A stretch of DNA of 64,000 nucleotides from Vulcanimicrobiota bacterium (GTDB lineage: Bacteria; Vulcanimicrobiota; Vulcanimicrobiia; Vulcanimicrobiales; Vulcanimicrobiaceae): the NCBI GenBank assembly GCA_963733295.1, contig CAVTCS010000003.1:2304001-2368000 (forward strand). The letters are read 5' to 3'. This document shows positions 37,887 to 46,229 of this stretch, one piece after another. Made by a program: the position numbers and the translations under genes. The notes below the pieces were generated by a model. That model had not been told where the DNA came from, made no database searches, and saw only the letters and a program-made list of their open reading frames with translations. Numbering within the stretch: position 1 is the stretch's first letter; every line of letters begins with the position of its first letter.

Positions 37887-38576
37887 ATGGGTCGATTCGA
37901 CTTTGCGAGGTTCCGTTCCGTGCTCTTGCTCGCCGCCGCCGTTCTCGTTGCCGTCACCACGTCGCCGAAGGTGCCGGCGTCGGCGCGCTGCCCGCAGGCG
38001 CCGTTCGCGGCGCCGCAAGTAACGGGACCGTCACCGGCCGGCCTATCCTGTCCCGCACTCGAGGTTTCCGGCCGCGCCGACCGGACGAATCCCGAACTCG
38101 ATCCGGCTTTCGACGTCTCGATCGCGCCCAGCCGCTTTCCGTCGAGCGCGCCGGCCGCGCCGGAAGGCCTGTTGCAAGGCTTCGATTCGCAAGGCCGTTT
38201 GCTTTTCGTGCAGCAGATGAGCGCGGGCGGCGAGTTTCACACCTTCGTCCCGGTTTCCGAAGCCACCGCGCGCGCCCTCGCGCGCATCCGCCTGACCTTC
38301 GGATCGGCGTTCTCAGAGCGTAGCGCACTTCCTCACGGAGAACCCTCCGCCGAAACCGTTTCGGTCGACGATTCGCACGTGCTCCTGGCTTGGAGCGCTA
38401 ACCTTTTCCCTGCGGTCCGGGTGCGCGAATACGCCAATGGCCCGCTGGTCGCGGTCGGCAGCGGTTCCACGAGCTACAGCGAGATCACCATCGCCACGAA
38501 CTCCTCGCTGCTTTTCGTCGATTTCTCGGACGGCGTTCACAGCTATGCGCGCAGCGTCCGCGTATGGGGCCGCTGA
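37887..38576 (+). CDS. secreted hypothetical protein
   Basis: Hydrophobic signal, Cys pair, beta-rich body; start uncertain. Confidence 0.65.
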   Translation: MGRFDFARFRSVLLLAAAVLVAVTTSPKVPASARCPQAPFAAPQVTGPSPAGLSCPALEVSGRADRTNPELDPAFDVSIAPSRFPSSAPAAPEGLLQGFDSQGRLLFVQQMSAGGEFHTFVPVSEATARALARIRLTFGSAFSERSALPHGEPSAETVSVDDSHVLLAWSANLFPAVRVREYANGPLVAVGSGSTSYSEITIATNSSLLFVDFSDGVHSYARSVRVWGR

Positions 38577-38594
38577 CGATAACCGCGCGCTAAC

Positions 38595-39176
38595 CTAGCG
38601 GGCGAAACGAGAGCCGGGTTCGGTCAAGGCTTCGCCGCGCGCGCACTGCGGGCACTCGGCCGGATCGAACGATTCGACGGGCAGGTCGAGCAGCGCGATC
38701 GTCGGGATTCCAAAATCGACCAGTTGACGGCGCACGATCGCCCCGACCGCGACGGCCGCCGCGCCGCTGCGCGCGACGACGTCGAGCACTTCGCGCACCG
38801 ACCCGCCGGTCGTCAGGACGTCTTCCACGACGAAGACGCGGTCGTTCGGCCCTAAAGTAAATCCGCGCCGCAGCATGGGAGCGCCGGCTTCCTTCTCGAC
38901 GAAGAGCGCGAGCGTTCCGAGCTGACGGGCGACTTCGTAGCCGAGCACGATTCCGCCGACCGCGGCGCTGACGACGACGTTCGGCGCGAACGAGCGAGCG
39001 GCGGCGGCCAACTCGGCCGCCAGCGGTTCAACGAGCTTGGGATCCTCGAGAATGCGGAACTTTTGGATGAAGCGCGGGCTGTGCCGGCCCGAAGAGAGGC
39101 GGAAATGACCGTCGAGCAGCGCGCCGCGCGCGCTCAATTCAGCGGGGAGCGATTCAGCGGTCAACGCCGGCCGCAT
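38595..39176 (-). CDS. pyrE: orotate phosphoribosyltransferase
   Basis: GHFRLSSGRHS, VVEDVLTTGGSV PRPP motif; in pyr operon. Confidence 0.94.
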   Translation of the reverse strand: MRPALTAESLPAELSARGALLDGHFRLSSGRHSPRFIQKFRILEDPKLVEPLAAELAAAARSFAPNVVVSAAVGGIVLGYEVARQLGTLALFVEKEAGAPMLRRGFTLGPNDRVFVVEDVLTTGGSVREVLDVVARSGAAAVAVGAIVRRQLVDFGIPTIALLDLPVESFDPAECPQCARGEALTEPGSRFAR

Positions 39177-39888
39177 CCATCTCCGCCAAGATCGCGCGCG
39201 TCGCCGCGGCGGGGTCGGGCGCTTCGGTGATCGGGCGTCCCACCACGAGATAATCGGCACCGGCCTCGACGGTGGCGCGCGGTGTCGCCGTGCGCTTTTG
39301 GTCGTCGTGCGTCGTGCCGAGGGGCCGGATCCCACCGCAGAGCGCCTCGAAGTGCATTCCGAAAAACGACTTCAGGTCGCGCACTTCGTTCGGACTGCAG
39401 ACCACCCCGGCGCAGCGCGCGTCGCGAGCCAAGGCCGCGAGGCGGATCACGTTCTCACCTGGTCCTCCGCTCAAACCGAGTTCGCCCAAATCCTCGATTC
39501 CCAAACTCGTGAGCAGGGTGACCGCAAAGAGCTTCGGCGGCTCGATCCCAAGTTCGGATGCACGCTCGAGCGAGGCTTGGACAGCCGCCTGCATCATCGC
39601 GATACCGCCCATTGCGTGGACGGTGAGGATTCGCACGCCGGGCCGCACGATCGCGCGCACGGCAGCGGCGACGGTCCGGGGTATGTCGTGCAGCTTCCCA
39701 TCGATGAAGTAATCGGCACCGCTGCCCTCGAGCTGTTCGCGAATCTCATCGCCATAGTTGTAGAGCGGCTCGTAGCCGAGTTTGAAGATGACGTCGAGTC
39801 CCGCCAGAGCGGCGATCAAGGCGCGCGCTTCCTCGAGCTCCGCAACGTCGACCGCGACGATCAAACGAGGGCGCGTCGAAACGTTCAT
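39154..39888 (-). CDS. pyrF: orotidine-5'-phosphate decarboxylase
   Basis: LIVAVD, DGKLHDIPRTV, TVHAMGG, VTLLTS, GIRP, DDQKR, VVGRPIT. Confidence 0.95.
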   Translation of the reverse strand: MNVSTRPRLIVAVDVAELEEARALIAALAGLDVIFKLGYEPLYNYGDEIREQLEGSGADYFIDGKLHDIPRTVAAAVRAIVRPGVRILTVHAMGGIAMMQAAVQASLERASELGIEPPKLFAVTLLTSLGIEDLGELGLSGGPGENVIRLAALARDARCAGVVCSPNEVRDLKSFFGMHFEALCGGIRPLGTTHDDQKRTATPRATVEAGADYLVVGRPITEAPDPAAATRAILAEMDAAGVDR

Positions 39889-40829
39889 GCACTGCCTCCA
39901 AAGCCCGGGTTGGCTCGACCGACCAGCTCCGAGAGCCGCGCGATCTTCTTGCGGGCCATGTAGGCGCGCAAGCCGTCAACAACGGTCAGCGGCGCGCGCG
40001 GATCGGTGAAGTTGCCGGTGCCGATCGAGACCGCGCTGGCCCCGGCCAGAAAGAACTCGAGCGCATCCCGCGCCGTCTCGATTCCGCCCTGCCCCACGAT
40101 CGGGATGCGCACCGCGCGGGCGACCTCCCAGACCGCGAGCACCGCGATGGGACGAATGGCCGCCCCCGACAGGCCGCCGCTGACGTTACCGAGGCGCGGC
40201 TCGCAGCGTTCTACGTCGACCGACATGCCGCGCACGGTGTTGATGACCGCCAGCGCGTCGGCTCCGGCTGCCTCGACGACACGCGCGATCGCCGCGATGT
40301 CGGTGACGTTGGGCGAAAGTTTGACGATCAACGTCTTTCCGGTCACGCCGCGAGCGGCGCGCGTGGCACGCTCGGCAAGTTGAGGGTCGCAGGCGAACGT
40401 CTCGCCTTCCGTGCCGACGTTCGGACAGGAGATGTTCAGCTCGATCGCATCGATCTCGTCGCGCCTTGCCAGCCGTTCGGTGACGTAGGCATAATCGTCG
40501 ACCGAGAAGCCGGCGACGCTTCCGATAACGGCGCACGGACGATCCGCGAAACCTGCCACGTCGTGCTCGAGGTACGCGTCGATTCCCGGATTCTGTAAAC
40601 CGATCGCGTTCAGCATGCCGCTCGGCGTCGGAACCAGACGCGGCGCCGCATTTCCAAGGCGTGGGAAACGCGTCACGCTCTTGAGCACGACGCCCCCGAT
40701 CTTGGCGAGATCGACGAACGGCGCGTACTCGGCCCCCGAGCCGTAGCAACCGCTCCCCATCAGCGTCGGAACCCGCAGCTCGAGGCGTCCGATGCGGGTG
40801 CGAAGATCCGGTTCCGTCGCGATTACCAC
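39885..40829 (-). CDS. pyrD: dihydroorotate dehydrogenase (class 1B catalytic subunit)
   Basis: MLNAIGLQNPG, ELNISCPN, VKLSPNVTD, INT, GGLSG, GQGGI. Confidence 0.95.
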   Translation of the reverse strand: MVIATEPDLRTRIGRLELRVPTLMGSGCYGSGAEYAPFVDLAKIGGVVLKSVTRFPRLGNAAPRLVPTPSGMLNAIGLQNPGIDAYLEHDVAGFADRPCAVIGSVAGFSVDDYAYVTERLARRDEIDAIELNISCPNVGTEGETFACDPQLAERATRAARGVTGKTLIVKLSPNVTDIAAIARVVEAAGADALAVINTVRGMSVDVERCEPRLGNVSGGLSGAAIRPIAVLAVWEVARAVRIPIVGQGGIETARDALEFFLAGASAVSIGTGNFTDPRAPLTVVDGLRAYMARKKIARLSELVGRANPGFGGSA

Positions 40830-41653
40830 CGCAGCTCGTCCGACCAGAAGACCGGACCTTCTTTGCAAATTCGCGCATGAACGAAGTCGCGCGAGTCATC
40901 GGCCGCGAGCAGTGGGAAAGGCGGAGCTTGCGCGCTTTCGCGCGACAGCGGCACCACGCAACCCCAACACGCACCGACACCGCAGGCGAACGTCTCCTCG
41001 AGCGAAAGCTGCGCGCGCAGTCCGCGCTCGGCCGCGAGCTTTCCGACGACGCGCAACATCGGCGAGGGACCGCAGGCCGCGATGCCCGTGTGCGCGCGGT
41101 CTTCGCGAACGAACAGCTCGGTCACGAAACCGCGATGACCGCGCGAACCGTCGTCGGTGGCGAGCGAAACGCCGCTGCCGAGTTCCATGAAACGCTCGGC
41201 GTCGACCAGCGACTTGGCGTCGCGCGCGCCGTAGTAGAGGTGCGCGCGCGCGCCGGCAGCGTGCAGTGCGAGCGCCGGCAACAGCAGCGAAGCGAGACCG
41301 ACTCCGCCCGCTACGAGGGCCGGCGCGGCGCCGAGCGCCGCGAGATCGAAGCCGTTGCCGAGCGGTCCGAACAAATCCAGCTTTGCGCCGCTCGCAAGGT
41401 TAGCTAGCTCACGCGTTCGCGGCCCGACCGCCACCAGCATCAGCGACACGCGTCCAGCCTCAGCCTCGTAGACGCCAAGCGCGGTCGCGGCACGTTCTCC
41501 GCCCGGCGGTATCGCCATCACAAACTGGCCGGGGCGCGCGGCCCGAGCGAGTTCCGGAGCCTCCAGACCGAGGATCACGATTCCCGGAGCCTCTTCACGC
41601 CGATCGCGCACCGTCGTCCGGTGGATCGCAGCCGAGGTCTCGACGACGGGCAT
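40823..41653 (-). CDS. pyrK: dihydroorotate dehydrogenase electron transfer subunit
   Basis: PGQFVM, GPLGNGF, AGGVG, TDDGS, CGPSPM, ACGVGACWGC, ICKEGPVF. Confidence 0.94.
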   Translation of the reverse strand: MPVVETSAAIHRTTVRDRREEAPGIVILGLEAPELARAARPGQFVMAIPPGGERAATALGVYEAEAGRVSLMLVAVGPRTRELANLASGAKLDLFGPLGNGFDLAALGAAPALVAGGVGLASLLLPALALHAAGARAHLYYGARDAKSLVDAERFMELGSGVSLATDDGSRGHRGFVTELFVREDRAHTGIAACGPSPMLRVVGKLAAERGLRAQLSLEETFACGVGACWGCVVPLSRESAQAPPFPLLAADDSRDFVHARICKEGPVFWSDELRW

Positions 41654-41826
41654 CTCCCGCCCATTTCCAGCCCCCGCCGAAAGTTCCCACGGCCTACTTT
41701 CGTCACATTCGACAAGATTTAATGCCTATTTAGTCATTCATAGGTATACATTGGGCGTCATTATCCGTTAATAGAGGTAGATGATAATTCTCCCGGACGA
41801 TCTGGGGAAGAAAGGAGGACCGAGAA

Positions 41827-41970
41827 ATGGCAGGACTCGTGGTCTTCAAATCGCTAGCCGACGCGCTAAGAGCGGGCTTCCAGATTTACGATCGTACTCA
41901 GGAAGGTTATCTCGTGCGAACGCGCACGACCGGTGGATGGGCAATAGCCCTCGTCCACTGTAAAGAGTAG
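41827..41970 (+). CDS. unannotated small protein, 47 aa (MAGLVVFKSLADALRAGFQIYDRTQEGYLVRTRTTGGWAIALVHCKE)
   Basis: AAAGGAGG RBS at 41811-41818, ATG 41827, TAG 41968-41970, followed by terminator; below the ORF-track cutoff. Confidence 0.8.
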   Translation: MAGLVVFKSLADALRAGFQIYDRTQEGYLVRTRTTGGWAIALVHCKE

Positions 41971-41983
41971 CCGGACAATCGAA

Positions 41984-42018
41984 AAGGGGACGCGCCGACG
42001 GCGCGTCCCCTTCTTCTT
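41984..42018. terminator. bidirectional intrinsic terminator
   Basis: AAGGGGACGCGCC-GAC-GGCGCGTCCCCTT perfect 13-bp stem between convergent genes, with A- and T-rich flanks. Confidence 0.88.
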
Positions 42019-42021
42019 AGG

Positions 42022-42396
42022 TCAGGTCGTAGTGAAGTTGAGAGTCGCCGTCGCCGGAATCGGTTGCGAATGGCAAGCGCCCACCGCTGCCGCAAACCCC
42101 GGCGCCGACTGAACGGCGCTCAGACAGAGGGTCCCGATCGCGGGCAGGCCGCCGAAGGTGACGTGCCCGTTGTCGTCCGTCACACCCGTCGCCAAAGTCG
42201 TTCCCGAAGGCAGCGCTCCGTTGAGTTGCGTCGACAGCGTCACGGTGATGTTCGCGGTCGGCGTCCCGCCGACGGTCACCGTCACCACCACCGAACTCGG
42301 ATTAGGGCCCGACGGCGTCGAACTGATGCCCGGGTTATTGGAGCAAGCTGTGAACGCGAGCGCGCAGAGCGCGACTGCGAAGAAGCGTAACTTCAA
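42022..42396 (-). CDS. small lipoprotein, beta-sandwich-like
   Basis: Lipobox FTAC; GVTDDNGHVTF motif typical of Ig-like/prealbumin-like folds. Confidence 0.75.
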   Translation of the reverse strand: MKLRFFAVALCALAFTACSNNPGISSTPSGPNPSSVVVTVTVGGTPTANITVTLSTQLNGALPSGTTLATGVTDDNGHVTFGGLPAIGTLCLSAVQSAPGFAAAVGACHSQPIPATATLNFTTT

Positions 42397-42442
42397 AGCT
42401 CGCCGTCCTTCGCTGAAGGGATGCGACGGCCTTTTGCGCCCG

Positions 42443-43021
42443 CTAGCCGCGTTCGATGTCGCCCGGTTTGCGCAATTCTTGGGTGGCGCCTGGGCGATAG
42501 GTGTAACTGCTTTCGTACGTCGGCGGCGCGCCGGCCGGCGGCGGCGTGGGAACTCCGTAGAGGTTCGGCGGCGGTCCTGCGGCGTAGTTCGACGGCGCGA
42601 GGGTTGCTCCGGAAAGCAGCGCGATGATCACTTGCGCCATGCCGATGAACATCGGGATCAAGCCACCGAGCAACCATGGGCCGGGATGAAACGTGTATCC
42701 CGTGCCGTTGTCGTGCATTCCGATGAACGAAAGACCGGTCAGTAGCGCCAAGCCGATAAAGGTCAGCGTGATGCCCTTGCGGAGCATCCTCCGCGGGTCG
42801 GCGCAGGTTTCGTCCTCGGGCTGGGCCAGCGGTCCCGCCGGGGTTGCGGCGCGCGCCGCTTTCCAGTCGCGTTGCGCGAATCCCGGCGCGACGCCATGGC
42901 GAATCATTTCGATGCGCTCCCGGTGCGCTAGAACGCGGAAGATGACGAAGGCAAGCACCGGTGCGCCGAAGACGAAGAATATTCCAAAGAGCGGCACCAG
43001 AATCGCAGTGTCGTCTTGCAT
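42443..43021 (-). CDS. DUF6249-like membrane protein
   Basis: TM, HRERIEMIRHG, LRKGITL..IGL, GLIPMFIG; divergent from ECF sigma. Confidence 0.75.
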   Translation of the reverse strand: MQDDTAILVPLFGIFFVFGAPVLAFVIFRVLAHRERIEMIRHGVAPGFAQRDWKAARAATPAGPLAQPEDETCADPRRMLRKGITLTFIGLALLTGLSFIGMHDNGTGYTFHPGPWLLGGLIPMFIGMAQVIIALLSGATLAPSNYAAGPPPNLYGVPTPPPAGAPPTYESSYTYRPGATQELRKPGDIERG

Positions 43022-43064
43022 TAGTGCTCTCCAGGGTAGCGTAGCTCGAACATTGTGCCGGAGA

Positions 43065-43090
43065 TACGGCTCAGACCGCCAACGGTTTCA
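43065..43090 (-). promoter_or_regulatory. SigW-like ECF promoter for the DUF6249 gene
   Basis: TGAAAC-16 nt-CGTA on the minus strand. Confidence 0.75.
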
Positions 43091-43117
43091 CGAAACTTGC
43101 CCTCTCCGTTCGGCGTA
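43091..43117 (+). promoter_or_regulatory. SigW-like ECF promoter for the sigma operon
   Basis: CGAAAC-17 nt-CGTA on the plus strand. Confidence 0.65.
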
Positions 43118-43159
43118 CACGGGGGCGTGGCATCCTCGCTGGCCGAGAGGGAACCGCGC

Positions 43160-43705
43160 GTGAGCACGCTCGGGACGATCGAAGCAACCGACGCGGACTT
43201 GGTCCTCCAGACGTTGGCCGGACGTCCGGAAGCGTTCGGGACGCTCGTCGAGCGGTACGACCGTGCGATTTTCCACCTTTGCCTGCGAACGATGCGCGAC
43301 CGGGAGGAGGCCCGCGATGCCACTCAGGAGACATTTTTCAAGGCGTTCAGGGGGCTGCGCACCTTCAAACCCGACGCTAAATTCTCGACCTGGCTCTTTT
43401 CCATTGCCTACCACGCCTGCTGTGACCGGCTGGCCAAGCTCAAGCGCTTCAGCGACTCCGAGCTGCCGGACCGGGCCGACCATTCTCCCGGCCCGGCAGA
43501 ATTGGCCGAAAGAAGTGATGAGGCCGTGGCGCTTCGCCAAGCAATCGACGAGCTGCCGGAGAAGTATCGAACCGTCATCACGCTGTATCATCTCCAGCAA
43601 AGGCAGTACGAGGAGATCGCGACGGTCCTCGACCTCCCGCTGGGTACCGTCAAGACACACCTGTTTCGGGCAAAAGAACTCCTCCGGAAGAAGCTAAGCG
43701 CATGA
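43160..43705 (+). CDS. ECF RNA polymerase sigma factor (SigW-like)
   Basis: AFGTLVERY, DATQETF, FSTWLFSIA, LPEKYR, YEEIA, GTVKTHLFRA. Confidence 0.95.
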   Translation: MSTLGTIEATDADLVLQTLAGRPEAFGTLVERYDRAIFHLCLRTMRDREEARDATQETFFKAFRGLRTFKPDAKFSTWLFSIAYHACCDRLAKLKRFSDSELPDRADHSPGPAELAERSDEAVALRQAIDELPEKYRTVITLYHLQQRQYEEIATVLDLPLGTVKTHLFRAKELLRKKLSA

Positions 43706-44073
43706 ATCGCGACTACGACGATCTCGACCAAGCACTGATGGCGCTCCCACTCGAGGAGCCGCCTGCGGGTCTCCGCGCCTCGATTCTGGCCTCGACCGTC
43801 TACGCGCCGCCGCCGCTTGCAAGCCTCCCCATCCGAACCTGGGAGATCGTCCTCATCGGGACCCTGCTCGCCGTCGGATCGTGGTTCTCCCTCGCCGTCG
43901 CCCAGAGCCCGTCGCTGACCGGCCACGTCGCGGCCAGCCTCGACAGCCTCGTCACCGCGCTTGCCGACCCGACGACGGTCGTGTGGCTGGGGTGCGGCGT
44001 CACGGTCGCGCTCGGCGCCTCGCTCTTCAACGCCTTCCCGCGCCGCGTAACGATTCGCTCGGGCCGTTCGTGA
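43702..44073 (+). CDS. putative membrane anti-sigma factor
   Basis: ATGA-coupled to sigma; LPLEEPPAGLRASIL followed by two TM helices. Confidence 0.7.
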   Translation: MNRDYDDLDQALMALPLEEPPAGLRASILASTVYAPPPLASLPIRTWEIVLIGTLLAVGSWFSLAVAQSPSLTGHVAASLDSLVTALADPTTVVWLGCGVTVALGASLFNAFPRRVTIRSGRS

Positions 44074-44756
44074 CCCAAACGGCCGCGGAACGCCGGTTCC
44101 GCGTCCTGGTCGTTGAAGACGACGCCCAAATTCTTCGCGTTCTGCGCCTCGAGCTCGAGCACGAAGGCTACGAGGTCGAAACCGCAACGGACGGCTTGAG
44201 CGGGCTGGAAAAAGCGCTCAAAGAGCCGGACCTCGTCATCCTCGATTTGATGCTGCCCAAGATGGACGGCATGGAAGTCTGCTCGCGCGTGCGCATCAAG
44301 AGCCGCGTTCCGATCATCATGCTGACCGCCAAAGATCGCATTCCCGACCGCGTCAGCGGTCTCGACCACGGCGCCGACGACTACCTGACGAAGCCGTTCG
44401 CAATCGACGAACTGCTGGCACGCGTGCGCGCCCGGCTGCGCGAACGCCATCCACATTCCAACGTTCTGGCCGGCAAGGATCTGCTCATGGACCGCGAGCG
44501 GCACGAGGTCACGCGCGGTGGCAAAGCGATCGTACTCACGGCCAAAGAGTACGCGCTGCTCGAGTACTTGCTGCTTCACAAGAACAAGGTGCACACGCGC
44601 GACGAACTCTTCAACGGCGTGTGGGGCAGCGATTTCCTCGGCGACTCGAACCTCATCGACGTCTACATCCGCTACCTGCGCGGCAAGATCGACGACGGCT
44701 TCGAAGACAAGCTCATTCAGACGGTGCGCGGCGTAGGCTACACGCTCAAGGACTAG
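44070..44756 (+). CDS. OmpR/MprA family response regulator
   Basis: VLVVEDD, ILDLMLP, MLTAK, GADDYLTKPF, IDVYIRYLRGKID, QTVRGVGY. Confidence 0.96.
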   Translation: MTQTAAERRFRVLVVEDDAQILRVLRLELEHEGYEVETATDGLSGLEKALKEPDLVILDLMLPKMDGMEVCSRVRIKSRVPIIMLTAKDRIPDRVSGLDHGADDYLTKPFAIDELLARVRARLRERHPHSNVLAGKDLLMDRERHEVTRGGKAIVLTAKEYALLEYLLLHKNKVHTRDELFNGVWGSDFLGDSNLIDVYIRYLRGKIDDGFEDKLIQTVRGVGYTLKD

Positions 44757-44779
44757 CACACGACGAAGAAGGCGCCGCG

Positions 44780-46198
44780 TTGAAGTTCAACACGCTCCGC
44801 TGGCGCATCGCGTCGTTCTACGCGCTTCTGCTCCTGGGCGTGATCGTCATCGTAGGACTCGTCCTCATGTTCGAGCTGCGCGAGATCCTCTTCGAGGGAG
44901 CGCGTGCCACCGTGAACCGCGTCGGAACGGACATCGCGAGCGTCGTTCGCGGTAACGGTACCGGCTCGATCGGCGAGGCGCTCCCCATCGAAGAGACGCT
45001 CACGCTGCCCGGAAATCTCGATCGCTGGTCGTCGCCGACGACGTACGTGGAGGTCGATAGCGCCACCGGCGTACCCGAAGGTAAGAGTTCGAACATGGGC
45101 GCGATGACCTTCGCTCGCAGTCCCCAAAAACGCAGCGCGCCGGTCATCTACTCGGAAGAAACGACGCCGGTCGGTCACGTCCTCGTGCGCGACGAATTCA
45201 TCCACTCGCCGGGCGTCGCGCTCATCGTCAAAGTCGGTGAGAGCCTCGAAACGTACGACCAAACGTTGGCCCGAACGCGCACGCTCTTAGCATTCATCGT
45301 CGCCCTTTCGGCGATCGTCGTGGTCGTGGGGTCGTTCGCGCTGGCGTCGAGCGCGGTCGGACCGATCGACCGCATGAACGCAGCGATGCGCCAGATTCGT
45401 TCGGATCAACTCGACCGCCGCCTCGGTCCGTCGGCCCGCACCGACGAACTCGGGCGGCTGGCGGCGAGTTTCGACGACATGCTCGACCGGTTGCAAGAGG
45501 GCTTCGCGCGCGAACGGCAGTTCATCTCCGACGCCTCGCACGAGTTGAAGACGCCGCTCACCGTCATCAACGCGAACGCACAGATGCTGGAACGTTGGGC
45601 CGACCGCAATCCCGAGATTCGCTCCGAAAGCCTGCGCGCAATTCGCGACGAGAGCTCGGGGCTCGCGCGGATGATCAACGGTATGCTCTTGCTCGCGAAA
45701 GCGGAATCGGGCGACGGCATACCGCGCGAACCGGTTCTTCTCGACGCCGTCGCGCGCGAGGCGGTGCGGCTCGGCGGCCCGCTCGCCGAAGCGAAACAGC
45801 TGACGCTCGAGTATCGTCCCGACCCAAGCGCGGCCGAGGCACGCGTGCTGGGCGATCCGGATCTGGTGCGTCAGTTGATGAGCAACCTCATCGAGAACGC
45901 AGTTAAATTCACGCAGTCGGGTGAGATCGTGGTCACCCTCTCGGCGACCCCCCAGTTTGCGACGATCGTCGTCGCGGATACCGGCGTCGGAATCGAAGAG
46001 GAGGCCTTGGACCGCGTCTTCGACCGGTTCTACCGGACCGACAAGTCGCGAAATCGCGGGATCGAGGGGACCGGGCTCGGCCTCGCGATCGTGCGCAGCA
46101 TCGCCCGGATCCACGGGGGAAACGTGGTTGCCGAACGCCGGCCGGAAGGTGGAAGCATCTTCCGGGTAACGCTGCCGACCTTCACGCCTCTCTCATGA
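44780..46198 (+). CDS. sensor histidine kinase (HAMP)
   Basis: Two TM, DELGRLA, DASHELKTPL, NLIENAVKF, DTGVGI, GTGLGL. Confidence 0.95.
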   Translation: MKFNTLRWRIASFYALLLLGVIVIVGLVLMFELREILFEGARATVNRVGTDIASVVRGNGTGSIGEALPIEETLTLPGNLDRWSSPTTYVEVDSATGVPEGKSSNMGAMTFARSPQKRSAPVIYSEETTPVGHVLVRDEFIHSPGVALIVKVGESLETYDQTLARTRTLLAFIVALSAIVVVVGSFALASSAVGPIDRMNAAMRQIRSDQLDRRLGPSARTDELGRLAASFDDMLDRLQEGFARERQFISDASHELKTPLTVINANAQMLERWADRNPEIRSESLRAIRDESSGLARMINGMLLLAKAESGDGIPREPVLLDAVAREAVRLGGPLAEAKQLTLEYRPDPSAAEARVLGDPDLVRQLMSNLIENAVKFTQSGEIVVTLSATPQFATIVVADTGVGIEEEALDRVFDRFYRTDKSRNRGIEGTGLGLAIVRSIARIHGGNVVAERRPEGGSIFRVTLPTFTPLS

Positions 46199-46229
46199 CC
46201 GGTCCCGCTTGACCGGTTACCCTTAAGAG

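Noticed and set aside
41654..41800. PyrR attenuator upstream of the pyr operon
   Set aside because: No AGTCCNGNGAGGCT-like loop or terminator/antiterminator visible on the minus strand
41781..42095. Track ORFs 41781-41963 (+) and 41907-42095 (-)
   Set aside because: No RBS, and they overlap the better supported 47-aa ORF and its terminator
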